This document shows, piece by piece, positions 1-23,300 of a stretch of 64,000 bases of DNA. Where the stretch lies: assembly GCA_002269645.1 (NCBI GenBank), contig NIVC01000491.1, forward strand, positions 124,001 to 188,000, written 5' to 3'. Both the position numbers and the translations under genes were made by a program. Each line of letters opens with the position of its first letter. Within the stretch, counting starts at the first letter, position 1. This stretch comes from Macrostomum lignano (lineage: Eukaryota). The notes under the pieces were generated by a model. The model was not told the DNA's origin. It saw nothing but the letters and a program-made list of their open reading frames with translations, and searched no databases.

Positions 1-10733
<10,733 letters not shown>

Positions 10734-13262
10734 GACTTCCTGTACCCAAATTTCGACTGGCAGTAGAAGTTGCTGTAATCAAACAGAAAATTAATAAATG
10801 ATTTCTTTTAAAAACTTGAGTAAAAGTACAGGCAGCTATTAATTGTTAAAAAAACATCCACATGCTTCCTTCTATCGGATTATACATGTACTGCCAGTAC
10901 CAGTACATATTTTTGAATTATTGTGGGATTTAAACCTGTTGCTATCAGCAACAACTGCTGGCGCAACAGATAGGTCATTTAGTGTATATTCATATTGCAT
11001 GCATTCTAGCTTTTGACGAAAGCAGGTGCCCTCAAAATTAAAAAAATATTTGTACTTACCAAAAATTTGCAAAATAAATTAAGAATGGCCTAATGTCAAA
11101 TTGTATGGTGCTTTTAAAGTTAAATTTTCAGCATTTTCTTAAGCGACAAGTATCTCAGAAAAAGATTTTTAACTCATAAACTAATTCCTATGAAACAAAC
11201 AGTAAATTCTCTTTTTTATTGATACTCTACACATAATATGACACAATAGTAACAAAAAGAAAAGATTTTTGTTTGACTTCGAACTTATTAGCTACGAGTA
11301 TACGTACAAATTTGACTGATTAAAGAAGCAGCGATTTAGATCGTGTACTATATCACGTAGTCGTAGACTCACTAGTTTCACACGGAAATTTTTTTAAAGA
11401 CTGAAAGAGAAACGAGTTTAATATTTAGCCTTTAGTCTAGTTTTTCTAGCTTAATAGCCTATGGTTCTTAATACAGCTGATTCAGAATAACCTTAGGCTA
11501 GACGTCAAACTACAGTCTAGTCTAGGACTCTAGTAAAGTAGACTAGGCCTAGTAGACCAAAATCAGTCTTTGTATTGTTTAGAGAACATATGGTTTATAT
11601 GGTGTAATTGTGGATATGAATTCTGTGTTAATCCTTAAAATTATTTTTCTATTGATTTTTAGACTTTAGTTTAAAACCTTTCAATCTTCTGTCTTAGAAT
11701 TTACTTTTATTAATTCATAAATTAAATAGTGTTTCCTATCTATTTTCCCTACTATATAATGTATTTCATTTTTTCAAATTTTAATATGTAAGTTTTGCAT
11801 AGACATTTTAAGTCATTAGCTAGCTAAGTAGATAAGCATATATTTATTGCTAGCTCTGCAAGTTAAAAGGGACCTAAAGGGTTAAGTAGTATTAGTATAT
11901 AGCCAAATAGGCTAATATATTTAGCCTATTTTTAGCTATATACTTTAGATAGCCATAGTTAGTATAAAACTCTAAAATTAGGGATCAAACCTTGCATACA
12001 AGGCCAGGGCATAGCCATGAATTTTCTTCGGGGCCATTTGTTTTTGCTCTTAGTTTCTAAACTTATGCTTAAAAAGTTGGGAAACACTATAAATTTTCAT
12101 TTTTGTATATTATAAAATAATAAAATAAAATCTAAAAAATATTGACAGTAAATATTTAAGTAAGAATTGTTTTAAGTATTCTATTTGTGCATGTCGGCCT
12201 ATGCTTTGCTCTGCATATGTGCACTTTATTGTCATTATGTGATTGCCTTTTTTCTAATATTTTTACTTTTCTATTGAAGTCTCAAGTCTATATATGGCAC
12301 CAAGATGCACACCTAAAGGGCAGTTGCCTCCCTTCTTTGGTAGAGACTTAAAAAATGAAATGGGGACAAAGTGCACTTTTGCCAAATCTTAGGGCTAGGC
12401 CTATCCCCCTCTGCCCCCTTGGGTTTTTACCTTCTAGAATCTGCCCTCTCTTAACAAATTTTTGGTTGCACCAATGCATGGCACTAGTGTAATCAGTTTA
12501 CTGAAATATGAAAGTTTAAAAAGTTATAGGTCTCAAATTTTGGAGATTTGTGTCTAATATTCCAAAAAATATAAAAGCCCATTATAATGCAAATTTAATT
12601 TTGTTTTTAATAGTTATAGGGTTTAAAAGTTTATTTATTACTATTTTTGTGATTATATTGTATATTTAAGATTTTAATTACATTGCCATATAGCTATATA
12701 GGCTTGAGACAGCTATTTACTTCTTATAAATTAATTTATGTGGCTTTTGTAATTCCTTAGTTTCAATTCCTAATTTAAATTTTTCTACCTTTTTGATTGA
12801 ATTAGAAAAAAATATGTTCTATTATATTATATCACTTGTTTTTAGCCCCATATAGAGTTTAATATTGAACCTAAAACTTCTTTCTTGAAAATAAATTTGT
12901 TTAAAAAATGTAAGAGCATATACACAATTAACTTAATAGAGTATAAGTAGCTATAAAAGTTTAAAGAAGAAAGAAGTGCAATTCAGTTAAACATTGTGCA
13001 CTTTTATAATGCTTGCAAATTGAGTAATAAAAGCTTACATGTAAGTATGCATTAGATTCAAAAGTGCTCAGGTTCTAGAACTAGAAATGGATACTATAGA
13101 CAGAATTAATATCAAATCGAATAGAAGGCATATAATAGTTGGTTGTCGCATTAAATAAGATCTGATATGTGCACGCTATTGACTTATCTAGTGTGCATTG
13201 TAATGCTCAAAATTGACTCTCAATATTTCATTATCGGTTATCTGGTATGCATGCTTAGACGG

Positions 13263-13845
13263 TCAAGCACATCCACCTTCCAATTCATTGTTATTATCCA
13301 TTGCGTTCTCGGCACCAACTTGGGCAAGCAGTTCCTCTCGTCTGGCACACATTCGCTGAGTAGAAACTGGACCCTGCGTCAGAGAAACGTAGTGACGCAG
13401 TGCTTTGAAGGTGACGTCTTCGCTAAGAGCTGTTGGACCCAGCGCCAGCAACTGACGTAGCCGTTTTTGACCAAGCGCCCGGTTAAGCAGATTAATTAGC
13501 GTTCGTTCTGGCCCGCTAGACGTTGGTTCTGCGCAACAGCATTCTTGAATCCACGCCAATGGAATAGCCATCTGGTAGCTGGTGTCAGTTGCCAGCAGGA
13601 CCTTGTCCGGCTCACTTGGATCCTGCTTGGTGTGCTCCAGCCAGTCGCAGTTCCTGCTACCAGCATTCGAGTGTCGTTGGCTTGACCAGTCAAGTTGATC
13701 AGCTTGAATCTGGTTTAGTCGTCGGTTCAACTGCTCCAAGGTTGAATGAATCGGCGATATTGTGAATGTTAGAATGGCCGATAGTTGAGCAGTGTAGCGC
13801 TGGAAAAGTTCTTCAAGCATCGACTTGGTCAACGGTTGTTCCTGT

Positions 13846-13884
<39 letters not shown>

Positions 13885-14883
13885 AAAAGCTGCTGCGTAG
13901 CCAACAATCCGTGATGCTGTTGAGTCTGCTGCGGTGCCGCTGCAGTTAAAAAGGCACCCAGCGAAACAGCAGCAGTCGGAGGCAGATGATTTGGTGTCGA
14001 GATCGTCGGTCTGAGGGTTACACTTGCCTGTTGCTGCTGCTGCTGCTGCAACTGCTGGCACTGATTTTGCTGTGCTTGCGCCCTTGGAATCAGCGGGCGG
14101 GGGAGCACCATTTGCGGTGCGCGGCGCAGCAGCGGGATTGCGATAGTTGCACCTGTTGTCGCTGCGGCAGTTGTCGTTACAGTATGAAGCGACGGCTGCA
14201 GCGAATTTTGCACAGGCTGTAGTTGAGGCTCTGAATCGTCTTTTTCTACTGCTCCGTATTCGGCTTCAGTCTCGGTTGAATCGGCTTCCTCGCCGTCCTC
14301 GCCAGGCGGCGTCACCTCGTCGTCCACGTTGCTGGCTTGATCGTCCGCTCCACCAATAGTTGTCTCATCGCTAGCCGACGGCGTGACAAATGGACCGCCG
14401 AGATGTGCGGAAGTGGACGGATCGACGTCGATAGTGGTTGGCGTTGGCGATTTATCGGCCCGGCGGAGTCGCTTCCTATTACCCAGGCTGTGCTTGTAGA
14501 GCTCGGCAATTCGATCGCGATCTTTGATCCAGGTTGCCAGGGTGCTGGGCGGCAGGCGCATCTCTCGGATTATGGCCGACTTGGCCTCGCCGTTCTCGAT
14601 CTGTTCTCGATTGGATATGCAAAACCAAATAAAATTTAGCTGGTAATTTATCATATTACAATATCTCAGTTTTTCATTGTTTCAAACTCACCCTACTAAG
14701 CGTGTGCATTTTTGTCTCGACATCGAAATAGACCCGTTTGTTCCTTACAATCGCTCCGTTAGTCCGTCGCTGTTGAGCCGCGCTTTTAATTTTGATTCCA
14801 CCTCCACTGTTTCCGCCGACCTCTTCATCTTTCGCTTCGAGAACTCCGTCGCCATTAGCAACCACCAACACACTGTTTTGCAT
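13263..14883 (-). CDS. psq/CENP-B N-terminal-type HTH DNA-binding protein with polyQ, coiled coil and BEN-like C-terminal domain (~509 aa)
   Basis: Exon 1 14883-14692 (ATG; donor AGG|GTGAGT) and exon 2 14600-13263 (acceptor AACAG|ATC), phase 0. Splicing yields KRVYFDVETKMHTLSR|IENGEAKSAIIREMRLPPSTLATWIKDRDRI, which matches the psq/CENP-B_N HTH pattern. No DDE domain follows. Confidence 0.8.
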
Positions 14884-16664
14884 GATTCTAGTCTGAAACT
14901 CGACTTAACCAATTTCAGCTGTATGCAGTTACAGACAGAAAAACTTGGTGGAGAGGGCGCGCGCGCTGCTGGTACGCGATGTATCGCCCCGAATAGGTTT
15001 CGTCGCTGCAAATCTGCTGGTTTTAGGCCCCGCTCCCCTCTTCCTCTCTCCCCTGTCTCTCTTCAGCTCGCTTGCTTCGCTAAACTGACTTGAGTCGATG
15101 TTCTTCCCCCCTCTGTCCCTCTCTCTGTCCATTGGCTCTGGAGGCCAATGCAACGATGGACGGAGAAACTAAGCCTCCCGTTTTCTCTCCCTTTCTCTCC
15201 TCTCCCCTCGTAAGTCCGTCTCTCTCTCTCTATCCCTCAGCTACTCAACGTTCGTTCTATGTTTTCTTCCGTCACACTTATGCGCAGCGCTGCGTGGCCT
15301 GAACGAGCCTAAAGCAACGAAATAGAAATAGGAGGGGTTACTAGAACGGGTATTGCCTGCTATAGGGCCGAGATCGGGTTCAGTGCCTGGGAGTGTTTGG
15401 GGCGGGGGTGGGTACATCGTCGACTGAGAGAGAGAGACTTTCCAAATCAATGTGTGCCTCAACTGGCCCTCCCTGAGCCGGTAAAAGTCTCCCCTTTTGG
15501 CCCCGATATTTGCCTGTCCTCTCCCCTCTCCTTCTCGCTGTCTCTTTGCTCCTCGCTCTTCTCGTCTCCCTCCACTCGTCTCTGTTCCCTCTCTCTGTCC
15601 ATTATTTTCTTCCCCTCATCTTGCCTCCGCGTCCTATAGAGACTGGTCGGTTGTCCATCCTGTTCTGCGATCCGCGCGCGCCATCAGCTCCGCAACTTAA
15701 CGAATGAGCATGTTTACAGGGAAGATCTGATCCTCGTAGTTCCCAAAACCGTTCTCTCTCTCTTCTCATTCTCTCCGTGTCCTGCTCACCGTCAAATAGA
15801 AGCATCGTTTCCTTCTTCAACGAATCAATTTTCTTCCTAGCTACTCACTTACTCGCTAACGGTTGCCTGTTTATCCGGTTTGCATGATGAACTTACTAGA
15901 AATTTACATTGCCTAAAATTTTTCAAAATCCAGTTTCACAACGCCTCAACTTCCACGATTTTAGCGCTTCGTGAAATTTATTTAGTCCAAATAAATCACG
16001 AAATAGCTAAATCAAATTCACTTTGCATAGTGGTTAGCAAAGTTTTCTTGTGCCCAAAAACACCTGTTAGAAGGTATATTAAGCGTCACGTGTAGCGTAG
16101 CGGTATAAATGACATGGATATCAAAACAGTCCAAATTGAATTGGCTAGTTTCGACTTATACCAAGAAACTGAGTTATGAATTACTATATGTAACAGAGAG
16201 TTCATGGAAAGTGCATTGCTTGTAAAATCTTCTAATGATAACGAGTTAGTTCGAAAACGTTCTACGAGTGTATGTTAAACTTTCAAGCTGCGTGCGTGCA
16301 CACAATCTGTGATCTTTGAGCGTCACTAGGTACGTAGCTGAGGCCTACGTTGACCCCTAATAGTTTGTGTACGGTGGTACCACTTCTAACTTAAGATTTG
16401 GACTTTCAATTCATATGAGCCTGTTTCTATTTGGCTTTGTACGAACTTTGATATTCAATTAAAATTTTAAGCGCCGTTGGCATAAATGCTACTTAAAATT
16501 CGAAGTTTACCAGTAGTATAGTATGAAAAACTACGAGCGTATATTCAAGTTTAGCGAGAAGCTTTTGGCAAAAAAATGAGTGCGCGTTTAAACTATCAAT
16601 GAGTTCCTGCGTTGAATGCAGTTTTAAATTGGACAATGCTTTTTAAACCGGAATTCTGTAACCG

Positions 16665-16850
16665 ATAATTGATGAGAAACATCAGAATCTAAGTACAGAT
16701 GCATTGGTAATTGATGAGAAACATCAGAATCTAGGTACAGAAGCATGAGTAACTGATGAGAAACATGAGAATCTAAGTACAGATGCATTGGTAATTGATG
16801 AGAAACATCAGAATCTAGGCACAGAAGCATGAGTGACTGATGAGAAACTA
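16665..16850. repeat. 42-bp tandem repeat, ~4.5 copies in ABAB arrangement
   Basis: GATGAGAAAC recurs at 16671, 16713, 16755, 16797 and 16839. Confidence 0.85.
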
Positions 16851-17385
16851 GAGAAACTATAGGCCGAGAAGCGTTAGTAATTTATAAATAATGAGGTACA
16901 AACACTGCAGGAGTCACAGTTTTAGTTTTTTGCGTTTTTTTAAATTTGCAATTAGCATTAAAATTTAAGTTTCAATTGAATGCCAGGCCGGCTACATATA
17001 CCTGACTGCATAAAATAGAACCGTTTGTTAAATGTGGCAGCCAGTGTAATATATAGCAGAATCGTTCCATTTCTCTTCAAATTGCAGAGTAACCCTCCGT
17101 CCATGACAAGAAAGTCAACTATACTGGTCTTCGAGTATTAGACTGTGCATCCTAATCTATATAGCATATTATATCTTATCGCACTCTTAAGAAGCGAACT
17201 AGTTTGCAAATTTTTCTTTAAAATAAAACCGCGCCTTGCAAGCAGAGGCCAGATCGAACTTGAAGAAGATTTCATTATACCTTAGAATACGTTCGACCTA
17301 AAGAACCCAATACATATATAGTGCCTTATAATAACAATATCAGTATTAGTCTCTATATATAAAGTTCTACAGTTAAGAAAGCAGA

Positions 17386-20300
17386 ATGGACAGCAGTTCA
17401 GTACAGACATTAGGCGCTGGTGCAGCAGCCGTGCTGGTTGGCACTCTGTTTTATCGTTGGCTGTCATATCCCAGCAGACAGTTCGGCCCGACGCCTCTGC
17501 TAAGTGTGCTTGAGGATCGGCAACAGTCCAGGTTGCTTTCGGTAAGGTGTTTCGCAATTTGTTGTGTTTGTTCTTCTCAGTTACATTTATAAGCGTTTTA
17601 TTTTAATTATTGATTTTAGGATGCTGTCAGTGTCTTGGGCACGCAGTGACGGGCACACATTCCGTTACAATCGGAGTTAAGCAGTTTTTAAAGTTTTTTT
17701 AGCCTATCTTGTTGATAAATAAGCGTTTGTGATGCTTTGGGAATCTGATCGCTTGGGGTTGGGAGTGTAATATCTTTGGAATGCAAAGTCTTGGGAATGT
17801 AATGTCTTTAAGAATGCGATGTCTCTAAAATGTGACGCTTGGGAATGTGAAGATTGGGAATGTTTATGTAATGTTTTGGATGCGATATCTTAAAAATGTT
17901 GCGCTAATTATTGCTTGGGCAAATTTTCGTGATGATTTGGCAAATAGATTTCGTGGTTTTCACAGAAGACACAATTATGTTGATGTGGTTCATGGAACGG
18001 AATTAAAAAAATTGAATTAACTACATGGAGCTTCTGTCTGACCTCAGCCTTGACATTTCAGCAATCCCCCCGTAAACCTTCACATCTCAGCAATCCCTCC
18101 GTAAGCCTTGACAGCACAGCAACCCCCCCCCCGAAAGTCTTGATATCTCAGCAGTTCCCCCCGTAAGCCTTGACATCTCAGCACCCCCCCCCGAAAGTCT
18201 TGATAGCTCAGCAGTTCCCCCCGTAAGCCTTGACATCTCAGCACCCCCCCCCCGAAAGTCTTGATAGCTCAGCAGTTCCCCCCGTAAGCCTTGACATCTC
18301 AGCAACCCCCTCCCCCGAAAGTCTTGATATCTCAGCAGTTCCCCCCGTAAGCCTTGACATCTCAGCAACCCCCTCCCCCCGAAAGTCTTGATATCTCAGC
18401 AGTTCCCCCCGTAAGCCTTGACATCTCAGCAACCCCCGAAAGTCTTGATATCTCAGCAGTTCCCCCCGTAAGCCTTGACATCTCAGCAACCCCCGAAAGT
18501 CTTGATATCTCAGCAGTTCCCCCCGTAAGCCTTGACATCTCAGCAACCCCCGAAAGTCTTGATATCTCAGCAGTTCCCCCCGTAAGCCTTGACATCTCAG
18601 CAACCCCCGAAAGTCTTGATATCTCAGCAGTTCCCCCGTAAGCCTTGACATCTCAGCAACCCCCCGAAAGTCTTGATATCTCAGCAGTTCCCCCCGTAAG
18701 CCTTGACATCTCAGCAACCCCCCGAAAGTCTTGATATCTCAGCAGTTCCCCCCGTAAGCCTTGACATCTCAGCAACCCCCCGAAAGTCTTGATATCTCAG
18801 CAGTTCCCCCCGTAAGCCTTGACATCTCAGCAACCCCCCGTATTCTCAGTTGCAAAATTTCGGTTAGAAGCACTAGCACAGACCATGAAGTATCTTATTT
18901 CAGACTGCCCCGCCCCGTCACAGAATGCATGCCATGAACAAAACAGTAGCTATATTTTGCAATGTTCGTAAAACTTAGAAGCACTCAGACAAGTTTTGCT
19001 AGGCGTGGGCATGGGCACTTCTTTCTATTTTACGAGTACTTTCCTACGTTTAGCCATCAGCGCTCGTTGTTTTCAGTGCTGGGAAATCTTTTTTCCAAGT
19101 AATTTTTGCAGATCATTTCTCTACAATCGTTTTACTTCTTTCTTTAGCTTCCGAAACAAATGCGCTTCGTTTTTAAAAGCTTCTCGAAAAGTAGTCGTAG
19201 ACAAGAAAAAAGAGAGAAGAGAAGCCGTATTTTCTTACTCTCAGATCAGGACCAAGCTACCAGGCCGGACTCGCTTCCATTAAACAATTTAGCAGCCACT
19301 GGTTTCGAGTCTACGACATTCGTTTCATTTTTTGGCTGTGTTGAGGAGGCCACGGCGCAAGCGGTTTGGGTGAGGTCTGAGGGTGCAGAGCTTGGGGTGG
19401 GTGGGGTGGGGGTTGTGCGTGCCCTGTGGGGGGGGGTTGTGCGTGCGCTGCGGGGGTGAGGCGCTGCGGGGCGCGGCGGAGTCTAAAACTAAAACCAGAA
19501 CTAAATAAAGGCTGACGTAGACAAAATCTGGTAAGGGCCAGATTTGGAAAGACTTGGATGTACATCCACGCTTTGCTAGAGTGTACATTGGCTTTATTTA
19601 TCTGGGATAGAGGGAGAGAGATGTGAATGAACAGTGTTGTAGAACGATAAATAGCAGCAGCCCTTATTCTACGAACTTGCTTTAACATTTTCACCCCCTC
19701 TCTAGAGGCTCGCCCTCTATATTAATTGTTCAGTAATTTAACAACAGCTTTAATTTTTTTAAAACCAAACGAACAAAAGATTCTTCCACTAAAGTCTATA
19801 CTAATATACTGATAAATGGGTAATCAAAGTTCAACAGGACAATATTCTCCCAGCGGAGATGGAAATAACAATAAGTCTGGAACAATGCGCCAATCCAAGT
19901 CTGGCACATTGGTATTTACACGTTACGAAACTCAATCTACTCTCTTACCTGTAAGTACTTTAGTATAATATATAATATGCCTTTAATCTAAATGTAAATG
20001 AAAGCTCTAGTTAATAATACGCGTAGGTCAAGTCTGAAAACTGAACTGAAAGAGACCATTTATTATCGCGAGACTTGATTCTTATCTCTGCGCTTTAGTT
20101 TGAAGTTCGAATTCGAAACGGCCGAACTAAATATTATTAGACCTTATTCGCACTAATATATATACTATAGGCATAAGTGACGTGGTTGCCTCTAATTTTA
20201 GTATGAGCTACAACTACAACCACAACTAGCTAAAGGTCAAAAGTTACGTTAAAAGTCTTGAACTATTGCCAAGTCACGACTGATGGACCAGCAGATTAGT

Positions 20301-23300
20301 CATTAAAAAATCCAAATGAACAAAACACGCATTCTGGTTCTGGCACTGGCACTAGCCATCTATCGTAAATATCTACTGTTATGCTAAAAATAGACCTTAT
20401 AGCTTAACTAACTTTTATTTATAACAAATGCAAATTTTCTAACGCGAAACCAAAACTCGTACTATTTAAGCAACAGCCTAAGAGTGACTTAGTAATAGCG
20501 CCATCATGTGACTTTTCTTATGCATTCCAGCACACTACAGCAGGTTTCTATTGTATGATGTTTTTATTTATAACAGCTTGGGTTGTGGGCAAAATGGGTT
20601 TTGAAAAGCATGATATACAAATTTGTTGATGTCACATGATATTCTGCAAGGAGTAAGACTCTCTGAGGGGTGAGATTCTAGAGCCGCTTGTCTCTTAGGG
20701 GTGAGATTCTAGAGCCGCTTGTCTCTTAGGGGTGAGATTCTAGAGCCGCTTGTCTCTTAAGCTCATTCTAGAGCCGCTTGTCTCTTAGGGGTGAGATTCT
20801 AGAGCCGCTTGTCTCTTTTAGGGGTGAGATTCTGGGGCCGCTTGTCTCTGAGGGGTGAGATTCTGGGGCCGCTTGTCTCTGAGGGGTGAGATTCTAGAGC
20901 CGCTTGTCTCTTTTAGGGGTGAGATTCTGGGGCCGCTTGTCTCTGAGGGGTGAGATTCTGGGGCCGCTTGTCTCTGAGGGGTGAGATTCTGGGGCCGCTT
21001 GTCTCTTAGGGGTGAGATTCTAGAGCCGCTTGTCTCTTTTAGGGGTGAGATTCTGGGGCCGCTTGTCTCTGAGGGGTGAGATTCTGGGGCCGCTTGTCTC
21101 TGAGGGGTGAGATTCGGGGGCCGCTTGTCTCTGAGGGGTGAGATTCTGGGGCCGCTTGTCTCTGTTAGGGGTGAGATTCTGGGGCCGCTTGTATCTGAGG
21201 GGTGAGATTCTGGGGCCGCTTGTCTCTGAGGGGTGAGATTCTGGGGCCGCTTGTCTCTGTTAGGGGTGAGATTCTGGGGCCGCTTGTCTCTGATGGGTGA
21301 GATTCTAGAGCCGCTTGTCTCTCTTTAAGTGGTGAGATTCGTGAACTCGTGAGAGTCTATATATTCTGTTTTTTCATGCCCAACAAACTGTAAAGTCCGC
21401 TTTATACTAACTCACAAGCTACTCGCACTCACTCACCCACCTGTTCAGGATGGCTCTCGATGCTGGCCATTCTCGGACTCGACCGAGATTATCGAGTACT
21501 GCTACGAAGAGGCCAAAACTTTGCACGACGGGTTCCTTCGCGGCATCCGCCAGTCGAACAATGGACCCTGCTTGGGTACTCGGGTTGGCGAAGGCCCATA
21601 CGAGTGGCTGACCTACCAGCAGGTGTATGATCAGGCTAGGGAGCTGGGCAGCGCGCTGACAGGTCGGCTGGGCTTGTCTCGCGGTGAATTTGTTGGAGTC
21701 TATTCGCAAAACCGAGCTGAATGGGTGCTGACTGAAGTGGCTTGCAATCAGTTCTCACTGGTGCTCGTGCCGCTGTATGACACCCTGGGCACTGAGGCGT
21801 GCAGTCACATCCTCAGCCAGACCAGCTCGAGTGTTGTTGTTGTCGACTCCGAATCCAAAGCTAGGAATCTGTTGCAGTGCAAAGCTGAGGCGCCATCGTT
21901 TCGACATGTGGTGCTGATGGGGATTGATTCCCCTAAACCGGAGCTGGTCAAAGAGGCTCAGGAGGCCGGGGTGGAGCTGCACGCTTGGTCTGAGCTTGTG
22001 AGCTGGGGTAGAGAGAATCTCGCCGAGGTGAACCCGCCTGCGCCTGACGATTTGGCTACTCTGTGCTACACTAGCGGCACTACTGGTGAGCTTGTCTACC
22101 GATATGTATCGCTTAATTCATGTATTCGTGTATTAATCATGCGTTGACTAATCATGATTATCACTCAAATTTGAAACTCTCACAAACTCGAAAGTTCACT
22201 CAAAATCGAAGCTTCACTCAAACTCGAAGCTTAACTCAAACTCGAAGCTTCACTCAAACTCGAAGCTTCACTCAAACTCGAAGCTTTACTCAAACCCGAA
22301 GTTTAACTCAAACTGGAAGCTTAACTCAAACTCGAAGCTTCACTCAAACTCGAAGCTTAACTCAAACTCGAAGCTTAACTCAAACTCGAAGCTTAACTCA
22401 AACTCGAAGCTTCACTCAAACTCGAAGCTTCACTCAAACTCGAAGCTTCACTCAAACTTGAAGCTTTACTCAAACTCGAAGCTTAACTCAAACTCGAAGC
22501 TTAACTCAAACTCGAAGCTTTACTCAAACTCGAAGCTTTCACACAAACTCGGAGCTTCACTCAAGCTCGAAGCTTTACTCAAACTCAAAGCTTCACTCAA
22601 ACTCGAAGCTTCACTCAAACTCGAAGGTTTACTCAAACTCGAAGCTTCACTCAAACTCGAAGCTTTCACACAAACTCGGAGCTTCACTCAAACTCGAAGC
22701 TTTACTCAAACTCAAAGCTTCACTCAAACTCGAAGCTTCACTCAAACTCGAAGCTTTACTCAAACTCGAAGCTTTCACACAAACTCGGAGCTTCACTCAA
22801 ACTCGAAGCTTTACTCAAACTCAAAGCTTCACTCAAACTCGAAGCTTTACTCAAACTCGAAGCTTCACTCAAACTCGAAGCTTTACTCAAACTTAAAGCT
22901 TTCACTCAAACTCGAAGCTTCACTCAAACTTGAAGCTTTTACTCAAACTCGAAGCTTCACTCAAACTCAATTCTCTCTTAAGTTTCTATGGCGCTATCCT
23001 ATTTATTTTTGATATTTTTCTATTTATTTTTATCTTTAAATTTCTATAACTTGCATAAGTAAATAGATAAATTATGACTTCAATTGTGTTCCCCAGGTGT
23101 ACCCAAGGGTGTGCAGCTCACACACAAGAATATAATGAGCAACATGGCTGGCGTGTACAGTGTGCTGTTGTTAGACCAGAAGAGCAACGCTAATCAGGTG
23201 AGGCCTGCTTGCTTTTTACCTGTGATGAGTTTTAGCCATCAAAACTAATATGGATAATTTGTGAACATATAGTAGTTTTAGTGTCTGTAGCAGTGATATT

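Noticed and set aside
12003-12425. Possible MITE starting CAGGGCATAGCCATGAATTTT
   Set aside because: No convincing matching right terminus or TSD could be found.
16665-16850. CRISPR-like look of regularly spaced repeats (also the 40-, 55- and 31-bp arrays)
   Set aside because: The intervening sequences are themselves repeated (no unique spacers), the context is eukaryotic and there are no cas genes.
17619-17680. Possible extra ACSL exon after TTTTAG at ~17619
   Set aside because: No convincing donor or ACSL-like coding; exon 1a joins exon 2 in frame without it.
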